Positions 43,813 through 59,194 are shown, numbered from the stretch's first letter. The stretch is DNA of 64,000 nt from Octopus vulgaris (GCA_951406725.2 OX597823.1:28892001-28956000), one strand, 5' to 3'. Made by a program: numbers and translations. Notes: generated by a model from the letters alone, not told the origin.

Positions 43813-43820
43813 TATCTATA

Positions 43821-43886
<66 letters not shown>

Positions 43887-44439
43887 TCCGTACAGTTCTA
43901 CTGACTTCTCTATAGTTCTCCAAGTTCTATTACATATTCTATATGATGCACCACCCTACGTGCTTCTCTCCACCGTTCTATATTATACATCCGTTAGATA
44001 TAGTATATCTCATATATATATATCTAAAGTGATGTTATACAGGTTGCGACAGAAGTAATGCCCTTTTGTATTTCACTTTTCTAGTTCCTTTTTTTTAATT
44101 ATTTCCTCATACCTCTCCGATTTTTTTCCTTGGTTTATCATTCGTCTCTTTAAGTAATGCAATAACTTATTTAATAAACATTTATATACATTCAAAACTA
44201 CTGCAAACTATCGTAAATTGCAGACTACAGAGTATGAAACACGTCGCAACTATGAAAATTGTTAAGGTGTATAGAAATGAAAAGCATACTTACGCATACT
44301 TGCACACACACACACACAAACACACACGTGTATATACACAATGACACGCACAGACACATATACACACACGCACTTTATTCGTTCTAAGTTGGTGTTTCAC
44401 ATTCTTGATACTTAATTTCGCGCGATCTATGCTCGTATA

Positions 44440-44702
44440 TGTGTGTGTGTGTGCGTGTATGTATATGCATATGCGTATGTGTGTATGTATGTATGTATGC
44501 ATGTATGCATGTGTGTGAATGTATGTATGTATGTATGTATGTATGTATGTATGTATGTATGTATGTATGTATGTATGTATGTATGTGTGTGTGTGTGTGC
44601 ATGTAAGTATGTATGTAGATGTGTGTGTATAAGAAAAGAGGTTTGAATGAATGCGGCACTGAACATTGGAGGGGGAAATGGAAATGAAGGAAAGAACAGA
44701 AT

Positions 44703-44760
<58 letters not shown>

Positions 44761-44813
44761 TAAGAACGAAAGAAAGAACGAAAGAAAGAATGAAAGAAAG
44801 AATGAAAGAACGA

Positions 44814-44865
<52 letters not shown>

Positions 44866-45141
44866 AAAAGAGAGAAATGCAGAAAACAAAAGCGAAAGAG
44901 AGACGGAGAACGATGGAAAGAGGAAGAGAAAAAAGAAAAGAAGAAAAAGGAAGGACCGAAAGAACAAAAGAAAGGATGTGTGGAAGGAAGGGAAGAAGGA
45001 AAGAAAGGATGAAGAAGGAAGAAGTCGAGCAAGCAAGAACAAAATAAAGAGCGAAAACGATAGAAAGGAAAAAAGAACGGAAGCGAAAAAGAGAAAGAAA
45101 GAAAGAAAGAGAGAGCGAAAGAGAGAAAGAAAGAGAGAAAA

Positions 45142-45201
<60 letters not shown>

Positions 45202-45490
45202 AGGGAAAAGAAAGAAAGAAGGGAATTAAGAATGAAAGAATGAAGGAATAAAAGAGAGAGAAAAATGTAAGGAAAAAAAAGGAAGGAAACAAAGACGACA
45301 GAAAGAAAGAACAGATGAAAGAGAGAAAGACTATTATAACGTAGTTGTAAGAGAATGAATGAGAAAAAGTGGAGAAAAAGAGAAGCGATGAAGGAAAATG
45401 AGAGGGAATGAAAGTGGAAACAATGAAAGATTAAAAGAAAGAAATGAAAAACCGACAAGCAAAAGGGAAGAGAGATAAGAAATATAAAGA
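44440..45490. repeat. (TATG)n followed by an approximately 800-bp polypurine (GAAA)n-derived tract
   Basis: Directly visible; source of the F/L/S-rich ORFs at 44290-45512. Confidence 0.95.
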
Positions 45491-45526
45491 AGTAGAGCCT
45501 ATGTATATACATGAGTGTGCATGTGT

Positions 45527-45571
<45 letters not shown>

Positions 45572-45750
45572 TGTTCCTCCACCCCCTCCTCCACTGGATA
45601 AAACTGATAATTTCTAATCACGTGAGGTGTTCAGAAATTCATGCATCCTTTAAATATCACCTCGTCAAATTCTCCTTCGACGCAGCTTCCACCTTCAATC
45701 TCTCTATTACACACACTAACACACACAGGCACGCACACACACACACACGC

Positions 45751-45802
<52 letters not shown>

Positions 45803-46117
45803 ATGCATAAAACTATAAGTTTATATGCAGACAAATGCCAACTAAATATATACGCTGGTACGTTTATATATATATATGTATATATACATATGTATATATA
45901 TATATATATATATATGTATTTATATATATCGATATGTACCTATGGATGCATGGATGCATGTATGTATGCATGCCTATATGTAATGTGTATACATAAATAT
46001 ATATATATATAATATATATGTGTGTGTGCCTGTGTCCGTGTATGTGTTTAAAGAAAGAAAGTGAAGTTTTATATGTATGCATGTAAGTTTGAATATATGT
46101 ACATATATATATATATA

Positions 46118-46148
<31 letters not shown>

Positions 46149-46299
46149 ATATATACATAGATATGTTTGTTGTGTAACTTATATATATATACATATTTAT
46201 ATATGTAATTCTACTTGCTTGTATCATATTCATACACATAAGTGTGTATGTGTGTGTGTGTTTGGAGAGAAAGAGCCAGACAACGGCAGACAGAAAGTT

Positions 46300-46575
<276 letters not shown>

Positions 46576-46647
46576 GATATACATAAACTTTGCACGTAAG
46601 TAGAGACATAACACGCAATATTTGGCATAAAGCTTACATATCTATAT

Positions 46648-46752
46648 ATTTCATTATTCCCGACAAGGGGCTAAACGTAGAGGGGACAAACAAGGACAGA
46701 CAAAGGTGTTAAGTCGATAACATCGACCCCAGTGCGTAACTGGTACTTATTT
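46648..46752 (-). mobile_element. SINE family A, long-tail 3' fragment
   Basis: CAAGGGGCTAAAC.TAGAGGGGACAAACAAGGACAGACAAAGG...ATCGACCCCAGTGCGTAACTGGTACTT. Confidence 0.88.
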
Positions 46753-47582
46753 AATAAAGCTTATATATATATCATTTATATTTCATTCTCTCTTCGACAT
46801 ACGAACTGTCGTTACTTAACAAACATTTAAACTCCGCATCGCTACGCAGGTGAACCTCAGCTGCAGCTAAAATATGCATTCACGTATATATGCACACATA
46901 TATATATATATATATATATATGCACATCCACGCGCAGACAGATAAGCACGCACACACACACACATACACGCACACACACACACATACACACATTATGAAA
47001 GAAATGCAAGGAACCGTGGTAAATGCTATGATCGATCAAAAGTTTCGTTAGACACTCTGTAGTTACAGCAGTTCTAAAACTCTGAGAGGAGTTTGTATTT
47101 TGGTAATATATTGTGCATTATAGATGTGTGCATTATAGATGTGTGCATCAACTAGCTTTCGGAAAACTGCTGCATCCGAATGCATCTTGCCGTACTCGTA
47201 GTTAAGAGATACACTTAAATACAATAACCGTTTGTCTTGCAAATCTTAGCGCTCCGTTGAATGGTGATTGGATGCTGTCTTTCCCTGGAAAATGGAAATG
47301 TATGCTTATACAAACACTTGCATTTAGAAAAAACACACACTCAAACACGCAAACCGACATGAGAATATACAAGCGAGCACGTATCTACATGCATGTTCAC
47401 CAGTACGTACATACAGAGAACCTGCTTTACTTACATAATATACCACCACACGTACACATACACACACACACACACGCAAACACACACACACACATAAAGA
47501 TGTATAAACGCATGCGCACTCACGCATACACACACGTACGTATATAATATATTAAACATATATAAACATACAGCTACATAAA

Positions 47583-49060
<1,478 letters not shown>

Positions 49061-49650
49061 ACTAGAATTCTAACAGCAAAGTTGTAATGAATGGAGACTA
49101 ACCTCGTATTGAAGTGAGTTCTAGCGGAGGTAAGACAGTCCTGCTCTCTCTGTGTTCAGCTCCTATCAAGGAGTTTCTGATCTCGCATCAACATCACTCT
49201 TTCTCATAAGCTTGCTAAACTCATGCATATTCATATCGCCTAATTAATATTCAGTTTTCAGCTGGCTGGTTGGCTGAGCAGCAGGTCTGCTGTCTGTCTG
49301 TCGGGCTGGAAATGTTCTTGGTTGGTTGATGTCTTGCCTGTTTGTGGGGGGGGAGGGGAGGGGTAGGCTGGTCGGCTGCTTGATAGTATGTTTGGTTGGT
49401 TGGTTGGTCAGGTTGTTGATTCGCTGTATGAGATATATTTAGGTAGGGAGGGAGAAAATGAATTGAAGTGGGGGGGCAGGCAGGAAAAAAGCTAAAAACA
49501 AAAATAACAACAAAAAAATTAACAACTCAAAAGCGAAAGTGAAAGTAAACGAAAACTAAACTAAAAGAGTTGGTGAAGGGAAACAAAATATATCAAGGAT
49601 AGATTAGATATGTATTTCCTTATAAGTCACTCACTATACACACATTCAGT

Positions 49651-49686
<36 letters not shown>

Positions 49687-49786
49687 CACACACACACACA
49701 GATATATATATATATACGCGCACACTGTCAAAATTATGCAAATATAAACAGGCACGCATTAAAAATTGGGATTACAGAAAGACATA

Positions 49787-50190
49787 CTCTTACTCTTACT
49801 CTTTTACTTGTTTCAGTCATTTGACTGCGGCCATGCTGGAGCACCGCCTTTAATCGAGCAATTCGATCCCGGGACTTATTCTTTTGTAAGCCCAGTACTT
49901 ATTCTATCGGTCTCTTTTTGCCGAACCGCTAAGTGACGGGGACGTAAACACACCAGCATCGGTTGTCAAGCAATGCTAGGGGAACAAACACAGACATACA
50001 AACACACAAACATACATATATATACATATATACGACAGGCTTCTTTCAGTTTCCGTCTACCAAATCCACTCACAAGGCATTGGTCGGCCCGGGGCTATAG
50101 CAGAAGACACTTGCCCAAGATGCCACGCAGTGGGATTGAACCCAGAACCATGTGGTTGGTTAGCAAGCTACTTACCACACAGCCACTCCT
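49787..50190 (-). mobile_element. SINE family B, well-preserved full-length copy
   Basis: Minus strand: AGGAGTGGCTGTGTGGTAAG tRNA head, B box GGGTTCAATCCC, CORE-like CTTGGGCAAGTGTCTTCT, internal TA/TG run and (AAGAGT)n tail. Confidence 0.95.
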
Positions 50191-50724
50191 TTATATATAT
50201 ATATATATAAATCAGCAGAAAATCTGTACCTGTGGGCACCTGAAATGAGTCTTAAACCTTGGAGGATCAAGACCCACTGCAAAATCCTTCTGTTGTGTCA
50301 GGATGAGAAGGGGGTGTCATCTAAACTTCCGTCATTCCGGATATACACCGGTTTTCTGAGCCCTTATTTCAAGAAGCAGATGATTAAATAGCCATTCGGG
50401 ATGTAACTTAATTTCCGGGTAGTTTTCAGGGTTTATTTTCAGAAGTAATTACGGGTGTAAAACTGATAGAAGTTGTGTTACTAACAGCATCATCACGACC
50501 ATCAACAACACCACCTCCGCCATCACCATCTCAACCACCACAAACACCACCACCATCACCACCACCGTCACCACCAAATACACCGAGTCATGTTATATGT
50601 GGTCGAGACAACAGCAAGAAGTAGCAGCCACATCTGCCTCAAATCAAATCATAATTTCCCCTAAATTGTTAAAGTATTTTCTTGAAAAATGAAGGACATG
50701 CTCTAGAGGGTAGTCATAGATATG

Positions 50725-50785
50725 CACATACATACATACTTCATTCATACACATACATACATGCACACATGTATGTATATATAAA

Positions 50786-50850
<65 letters not shown>

Positions 50851-50926
50851 ATATATATATATACATGTATATATAAAAATATATATATATATACGCATAT
50901 ATATATATACATATATATATACATAC

Positions 50927-50982
<56 letters not shown>

Positions 50983-51500
50983 GTATATATATACGCATAT
51001 ATATACATATATATACATATATATATATATACATACATACACACACATGTATGTACATATTTATACATATATATGGTTCAGAAAGTTACAAAATATTTTT
51101 AAATAACCTACATGTGTGTACATATATATGTATATATATGAGTGCGCGTGCGTATGTGTGTTTACGCGCGGGCTCTCGTGTGTACGCGTGTGTGTTACGT
51201 GATGGTCAACTCTAGGATAGCTTTGCTCTTAGAGTTACCCCATCAGCGCTGACCGAGGCCATAACAACAGCAACAGTTACTTGTTAATAGTTTAGAAATT
51301 AAACTTCATTTAACTTTTTTTAACAAGTGCCTGCGTTTGCGTGTGCGTGTACTTCCATCTTTCTGTGCGAGTATATTTGTGTACGCGTTTGTGTGTGTGT
51401 ATGTGTTCATGTATATGTGAGCGCATTTTTTACTTTGTGTATGCATCTTTGTGTGTGTGTGTGTGTGCGTGTGTGCGTGTGTGTGTGTGTGTGTGCGTTT
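50725..51500. repeat. (TA)n/(TACA)n/(TG)n field
   Basis: Directly visible. Confidence 0.9.
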
Positions 51501-51574
51501 ATGTGCAAATGTCAATTTTGTACAGATGTGTGACTTCCCGTGCGTCGATGCCTTCAGTATTTTGTGCGTGTGAG

Positions 51575-51906
51575 CAGTGGTAGACTGGGTCCAAAAATAT
51601 TGGTTCTCAGGAAATTAAGGGGGCCCACCCGCAACTACAAAGAAGCCCACCCAAAACTACAAGGGGGCCCATCCGCAACTACAAGGTGGCCCAATCGCAA
51701 CTAGAATGCTATGATTTTTTTCTTTTTTCATTTTTTTAAAAGTATTCTTTTGAACTGTCTACATACACAGCCAGGCTGAAATAATTAATGCATTCTTCCA
51801 GGGATAGGCCCCTTAGATTCAAACATAGGCCCTCATATTTAGATTCTAACGGTGCAGGGGCCCACTTGCCATTGGGCAAGCTGTTAACCTGGACAGTCCG
51901 TCACTC
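51575..51906. mobile_element. Possible PIF/Harbinger-type MITE with an internal 21-22-bp minisatellite
   Basis: Imperfect termini CAGTGGTAGACTG / CAGTCCGTCACTC; GGCCC-rich interior; four AAGGGGGCCCACCCGCAACTAC-like units at 51617-51704. Confidence 0.55.
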
Positions 51907-51909
51907 CAG

Positions 51910-52110
51910 CGTATGTATGCATGTATATGTGTATTTGTCCCACCACCATCGCCTGACAACGGATATTGGTGTGTTTACGGCCCCGTAATTTAGCAGTTCA
52001 GCAAAAGACACCGATAGAATGAGTACATGGTCGATTTGTTCGACTAAATGCGCTGCTCCAGCATGGCCGCAGTCAAATGACTGGAACAGGTGAAAGAATA
52101 AAAGAAGGAA
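51910..52110 (+). mobile_element. SINE family B, 3' half
   Basis: GGTGTGTTTACG.CCCCGTAA.TTAGC.GTTC.GCAAAAGACACCGATAGAAT...GCTCCAGCATGGCCGCAGTCAAATGACTG. Confidence 0.88.
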
Positions 52111-52111
52111 T

Positions 52112-53214
52112 AGGTGTGTGTGTGTATGTGTGCGTATATGTGCATATATGCATGTGTGTGTGTGTGCATGTGAGCGTATATGTGCATGAGAGAGAGAGAT
52201 TGTGCTAATGTTCTGTGTGTGTGCATGTGTGCAGTTTTGTGCATGTGTATGTATGTGTGCATGTATGCATGTGTGTGCGTCTGAGCACGTGTGAGCGTGA
52301 GTGTGTGAGAGAGAGATTGTGCTGTTTGTTCTGTGTGTGTACATGTGTGTGTGCATGAGTGCATGTGTGTGCGTGTGTGTGCATGAGAGAGAGAGAGATT
52401 GAGCTAATGTTTTGTTCTGTGTGTGTGTGTGCTCGTGTGCATGTGTGTGCGTCTGTGCATGTATGTGCGTCTGTGCTTGTGTGTGCGTGTGTGTGAGAGA
52501 GAATGAAAGATTGTGTATGTGTGTGCGTGTGTATGTGAGAGAGCGAGAGAGATTGTGCTAATGTTTTGTTCTGTATATGTGTGTGTGTGTGTGTGTGTGC
52601 ATGTGTGCATGCACCTTTGTATGTGTCTGTGAATGTATTTCAATAGGAGTTTGATGTGTACTGTGTTTTTGTATGCGTTTGCGCTTCTACGTTTTTGTGC
52701 GTGTGTTTTGTGAGAATGCGTTTCTATGTTGGTATACGTATATGAATATATATATATATGCACACACATATGCACATACATGTATGCATTCATATACACA
52801 TACACGCATACATATAAAGATACATACAAACGTACATACATACATATACATATATATATGTGTGTGTGTGTGTGTGTGTATGTATATGTCTGTGTGTGTG
52901 TGTGTGTGTTTGTGTATATATATATATATATACATGTATACATACACACACAGATACATAGAAACATATATACATACATATATACATACATACACACGTA
53001 CATACGTACACATACATACATACATACAAACGTACATATATGTATATACATATAAACTCACACACATACATACATACATACATTCATACATACATACATA
53101 CATACATACATACATGCATACATACATACATACACCCATACATACATATACACATACATACATACATACATACATACATACATGCATACATACATACATA
53201 CACACATACATTCA

Positions 53215-53248
<34 letters not shown>

Positions 53249-55217
53249 CACACACATACATGCATACATAGTTTTGTAAGTTTATGAATGTGTATATGTG
53301 CTATTATATATGTAAATAGCTATGTATATGTATATGTGTATTTTTGGCTGTGTGAGTATGTATGCTTATGTGTTCTATGTGTATGTATCTATCAAGTGGT
53401 TTATGTGAGTGCTTGTGTTCGTGTGAGCAACTGTGTATGTGTGTGTAAATGGAATGTGTATATGTGCGAGAATATGATCGCACACGCTTATATGCTGCAG
53501 TGTGTGTATGCGTGTGTGTGTATGCGTGTGTGTGAGTTTGTTTGTACATGTGTGTGTCTGTTTGTGTGTGTATGTGTGTGCGTGTGTGTGACTTTGTTTG
53601 TACGTGTATGTGTCAGTTTGTGTGTGTATGTGCATGCATCTGTATGTTTGTGTCTGTTTGTGTGTGTGTGTGTGTCTGTGCGTTTGCGTGTATGTCTGTG
53701 CATGTGTATATGTGAGTGTGTGTCTGTTTGTGTGTGTTTCTGTTTGTGCATATGTGTATGTGTGTGTGTCTGTTTATGTGTGTCTGTGCAAGTGTGTATG
53801 TGTATATGTCTGTGCTTGTTTGTGTGTGTGTGTTTGTGTTTATGTGTGTGTATGTGTATTTGTGAGTTTGTGTCTGTATATGTGTGAGTCTGTGTGTGTA
53901 TGTGTCTGTCTGTGAGTATGTGTGTGTCTGTTTGTGTGTGTGGGGGTTCTGTATATGTACGTGTATATGTGTGCGTGAGTGTGTCTCTGTGTGTGTGTTT
54001 GTATGTGTGTCTGTCTGTCAGTGTGTTCGTGTGTGTGTGTGCGTGTCTGCGTTTGTGTGTGTCTGTTTGTGTATGCGTGTATCTGTGTGTATGTGTGTGT
54101 GTGTGTATGATTCTGTACTTGTGTGTAATAGGAGTTTATGCATGTCGACATGTGTGTGTTTATTATGTATGTCAGTTGTGTTCTTCAGTTTCTGTATGCG
54201 AACGAACGTTTCTGTATGCGAACGTTTCTGTATGCGAACGTTTCTGTATGCGAACGTTTGTACGCAAATATTTGCGTGTTTCTGCAAATGCTTTGCGCGT
54301 TGTCTGTTTGTTTGCGCGTATATGTGGGAGCTACGTGTATGCATGTGTGCGTTTCATTATTGCGTGTATGTGGCATATGTATGTGTATATGTATGTGTAC
54401 GGTTTTTTTTTTATTTCGTGCATGTGTGTTTGTGTGTGTATTTATGAAAGTATGCGTTTTCTATTGCCTGTATATACATGTGTGTGTATGTGTGCGTTTA
54501 TTTATTGCGTGTATGAAATTATGTATGTGTGTATGTGTGCGTTTGTCTATTGCGTGTATGTGTGCACATGTGTGTGTATGTATGTATGCGTTTTCCATTG
54601 CGTGTATATGCATGTGTGTGTGTGTGCGTTTATTGATTGCGTGTATGTGTGCACATGTGTGTGTATGTATGTGTGCGTTTGTTTATTGCGTGTATGAAAG
54701 TATGTGTGTGTATATGTGTGCGTTTGTCTATTGCGTGTATGTGCACATGTGTGTGTATGTATGTGTGTGTTTATTTATTGCGTGCATGTGTGCACATGCG
54801 TTTGTTTATTGCGTGTATGTGCGTATGTGTGTGAGCTATGCTTATGTATGCGTGTGTGTGTTGTGTATGTGCGTTTATTGTGCTTATGTGCGTATATGTC
54901 TGACTTTGTGTGTGTGTGTGTGCGTATATGTCTGACTTTGTGTTTGTGTGTGTGTGTGTCAGAGAGTATTTATGTGTGTATATGAGTCTTCGTGCATGAA
55001 TATTCGTGTGTGTGCGTGTGTCAGTTTATATACGCGTGTATTGTTAGTTTATATCTTTGGGAGTGTGTGTATGTATTTTTGTGTGTGTTGATGTGTGTGT
55101 ATGTGTATTTGTGTGTGTCTCTGTGTGTGCATATTTTCAATATGCGTGCCAATGTACTAGTGTTTGTGTATGCGTGTCTGCATGGCTATGTGTCTGTGAA
55201 TGATTTTCTATGTATGT

Positions 55218-55266
<49 letters not shown>
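52112..55266. repeat. About 3.1-kb degenerate (TG)n/(TACA)n field containing higher-order minisatellites
   Basis: Directly visible; source of the C/V/M/Y-rich ORFs. Confidence 0.95.
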
Positions 55267-55268
<2 letters not shown>

Positions 55269-55554
55269 AGTGATTTATTTCTTGCATATTCCTTTTAAAC
55301 ACTTTTCATTTATTTTGTTTGTTTCGTGTTTCTGTTGTTCTTTCTTTTATTAATTCTCCCATATTTTCTTTTTTACTCTGGGGACTTCAGTCTTGTCAAT
55401 AATAGCCGCAATGGTAGCGGTGGTGCTGCTGTTGAAGGAGAAGAAGCAGGGAGGTTAAAGCTGTGTCCACCAGATGACAGGAGATCGAATGGTACGCAGA
55501 GTAGGCGGTGGGAAAGCAACAGAGACATATGATACGAAAGCCGCAACAAGATAG

Positions 55555-56490
55555 GTGAGAGCTAGAAGAGAGGGAGAGAGAGGAAGGAGCTACGGAGCTA
55601 CGAAAGATAGAGCTAAGAGTGAGAGAGAGTTAGGAGAGAGAGAGAAAGCTGGGAGAGAGAGAAAACTAGGAGAGAGGGAGAAGGGAATGACAGTGGTAGA
55701 GAGGGATAGCTAGGAGGTAGAGAGAGCTAAGAGAGAGGGAGAGCTAGGAGTGAGAGAAGGAGAGACAGAGATGGTGAGAGAGAAAGAGAGTGAGTGTGTG
55801 TGAGAAAGAGTAGGGGAGAGCTGGAGGCAGGGAGATTTGGAAAGAAAGAGAGATGGAGTGAAATAGAGATGAAGGGAGAAAGAGATAGCAGTAGAGAGGC
55901 TGAACGAGGGAGAGAGACAGAGAGAGGGAGATAGATAGGGATTTGGAAGGAGAGAGAGATGAGGATGGGAGATGAAGGATGAAAAAGAAAGAATGAGTGT
56001 GTATGAGAATGTTATAGAGAGAGGTAAAGGTTTTGTTAGAGAGGGGGAGAGAAAGAGGTGAATGAAAGAGTGTGTGTGTCTTTTATAAAGAGAAGTGGGA
56101 CTTTTGTTAGAGAGAGGAAGCAGATAGGGGTTTCGGGAGAAAGAGAGCGAGAGAAATAAATATATGTTGATAGTTGGAGAGGTTGAAAGAGTGATATAGT
56201 AAAACCGGTCAATAGATTGACAGATAAAGTTAGTGCGGTGAGTGAGAGTAAGGGGCGCATGTATAAAGGGAACTATGGTGAGAGAGAGAAAAAAACAGAG
56301 GGAGACAGAGAGAGATAAAAAGAGGAAGAGAGAGAGAGAAATAGAGAGAGAAACAAAGGAAAGAGAGGGAGGAGGAAAGAGTGTATAAGAGAAAGAGTGA
56401 GTGAATGCTACGTAACAAGAAATAGAAGTAGCAGAGAGAGAGAGACAGAGAGAAGGGTGGGAGAGTGTAATGCGACGAAAAAGAGAGAGT
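55555..56490. repeat. Degenerate (GA)n polypurine tract
   Basis: Directly visible; source of ORF 55710-56735. Confidence 0.9.
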
Positions 56491-56529
56491 ACAAATATAG
56501 GTACATTTATGGATGGATTGTATGTATAC

Positions 56530-56573
<44 letters not shown>

Positions 56574-57321
56574 GTACGCATGTATATCTAAGTGTGTGTG
56601 TATGTGTGAACATATATATATGTCTGTACATATAAATCTATATATATATATATAATTACATACACACATATATGTATGTAGATATGTGTGTGTATGCATG
56701 TATGTATATATATGTATATTTATGTATGTATGCATGTATGATGTATGTATGTATATATGTATGAATGTAATTGAAAAACTTCAAACATTTTTACATCGTG
56801 GAAAACACATATTAGCCATTCAAAATCACACAATGACTGTTGACTTCACTTAAACATTTATCACTGGTAATATAATGTCTAAATTTCCGGCTCACGAATT
56901 AGGATTTAGTCACTGATGCGATTCCACTGAAGTGGAACAAAATCTCAAATGTTTTGAGAGTTTTGAGACTTTATCTAAGGAAGTGCACCTGGTTTACTGT
57001 AATATGTGATAATATTATAAATTCATTTCTATTCGTATCCGTAATGATATTTGTATTTATGAAATGTTTATCCCATGAGGTGTTGCAACGATCGTAATTA
57101 AAGAATTGAAAGTAATATCATTATTTCCAGTATCTGAGAGAATTTAATTTGCTTTGCGTGAAATAAATTTAACCTGTAATTTTGGTTTATACGCAGGATT
57201 TTCTTCTTTAATATTAGCCGTCTACTGATACATATACTCTGTTAGCTGGTGTTCGTAGGAGCTCTGACTAAGGATCCATGTCGGATTTATACGTTACTTT
57301 TATATGATATGATATATGTGT

Positions 57322-57458
<137 letters not shown>

Positions 57459-57499
57459 CTCCTCAAACTCTCATGCTCATTAATACCCAGATATGCATC

Positions 57500-58505
57500 A
57501 AGATATATACCAGTCCGAGAAGGGACTATCTTCAAACGATTCGATGTTAGTAACATTTATTCACTTTGGGCCTAGAAGCAATCAAACACTAGGTAGAAAA
57601 ACATACAGAGAATATAAAGGAACGCTTGAAAACGGATCTCACTACCAAGGCCACACGCCTGATATTAGAGGGCAAAACCTTTAACTGGTAAGACATATCG
57701 ATAAATAAAGGACACGGCATGGGGACGAAGTTTGCACCCTCTCATGCCAAGCTGGTTACGGATTTTATGAAATAAACACAGTATACGTGAAAGTAGACAA
57801 AACTTTTCAGCAAAATTACAAAAAAATATGTCTTTAAAAAGTGAAAATGGTGGTCTGCAAATATTCAACAACACTCTGAACGCCCTTCATCTATCTTTCA
57901 AATTTACAACAACCAGTTATAATGGCTTACCGTTCACATAAAAATATATGCGACACCACAGTAAAAACTGATATATTTTACAAAACAAATAAGAAACAAG
58001 AGCACTCAGAGAGCGCAAACCTCCGCCAAAGGAACAACAACGATTAGCCAGAGATTATTTTTAAAATGATAATATCCGAAATAAACTCGACTGCTCTCGC
58101 AACCGAGAATACTGAAAATGAACCCGACCGATCTCAAAAATTAAGCAATAAAATTGTTAAGGTAATCAAGAATCCTTGATCGATCCCAAAATCTAATTAG
58201 TCCGTGACAGTCATGAGGCCAAGAATTTCTCAAAGTTTTATTCGAATCCATCTAGTAGTTCTTGAGATATCTTGTCCACGGAAAAACAAAAGCAGAAACA
58301 AACACGACTGAAAACTATACGCTAAGGCGGAGGTAACAAACATACGTCGTTTTTTCTACTTTTCTACATTTGCCAACTTCCAAATATTCCATATAGTATA
58401 ACAACACGTATTTGTGCTACAGTAGTTGAACAGAAAATACGTGAAATTCGACTCGGTGAACTCAATGGCTTCCGGAAAAAAAAACAAAAGTAACAGAATT
58501 ACTCC
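57500..58505 (+). pseudogene. Decayed Penelope-like element reverse transcriptase, interrupted by an insertion at 57995-58337
   Basis: Ordered motifs across frameshifts: FDVSNIYS (FDV..LYT), GLEAIKH, (G)TA/MGTKFAPSHAKL (GTAMG...AP.YANL), FNNTLNALH.SFKFT, VKTDIFYK, then after the insert NIPYSITTRICATV...R..RL.EL. Confidence 0.88.
57995..58337. mobile_element. Non-autonomous Helentron-type (HINE/DINE-1-like) element
   Basis: Starts ACAAGAGCACTCAGAGAGCGCAA; asymmetric subterminal inverted repeat ACCTCCGCC (58019-58027) / GGCGGAGGT (58326-58334). It splits the RT motifs cleanly at an A-rich site with no evident long TSD. Confidence 0.7.
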
Positions 58506-58590
58506 TTGAAATTAATAATTAATGGCTTTATAAAGGCGATGAAATTGATAACTGAGAGACACACATAGAGAGAGGGAGATAGATAGACAG

Positions 58591-58651
<61 letters not shown>

Positions 58652-58850
58652 TATATGTATATACATATACATACATATACATATATATATACATATACAT
58701 GCTTATATATGAATATACATACACATATGCATACACACTATATGTATATATATATATGTATGTGTGTATATATGTACATATATACACACATACATATATA
58801 TATATACATATAGTATGTATGCATATGTGTATGTATATGCTAGCTCACTG

Positions 58851-58902
<52 letters not shown>

Positions 58903-58932
58903 GTATATATATATATATGTATATATATATAA

Positions 58933-59158
58933 GGCGGTGAGCTGGCAGAAACGTTAGCACGCCGGGCGAAATGCGTAGCCGTATTTCGTCCGCCGTTACG
59001 TTCTGACTTCAAATTCCGCCGAGGTCGATTTGGCCTTTCATCCTTTCGGGGTCGATAAATAAAGTACCAGTTACGCACTGGGGTCGATGTAATCGACTTA
59101 ATCCCTTTGTCTGTCCTTGTTTGTCCCCTCTATGTTTAGCCCTTTGTGGGCAGTAAAG

Positions 59159-59163
<5 letters not shown>
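58933..59163 (+). mobile_element. SINE family A, best-preserved long-tail copy (tRNA head plus central domain resembling the MetaSINE/MESC conserved domain)
   Basis: GGCGGTGAGCTGGCAGAAACGTTAG (A box)...TTCAAATTCC (B box)-GCCGAGGTCGA.TT.GCCTTTCATCCTTTCGGGGTCGATAAAT.AAGTACCAG; flanked on both sides by (TA)n. The superfamily label is from recall. Confidence 0.93.

Positions 59164-59189
<26 letters not shown>

Positions 59190-59194
<5 letters not shown>

Noticed and set aside
44290-45512. ORFs of 250-361 aa rich in F/L/S, resembling membrane proteins
   Set aside because: They are translations of the (TTTC)n/(CATA)n microsatellite strand and are open in several frames.
55326-55560. 68-aa ORF / possible exon in a unique island (CTTCAG acceptor, AG/GTGAGA donor)
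   Set aside because: No recognisable protein similarity, the frame stops before the donor, and no partner exons are visible.
52404-56735. Many Cys/Val- or Ser/Leu-rich ORFs up to 341 aa
   Set aside because: They derive from degenerate (TG)n and (TC)n repeats; no domain signature.
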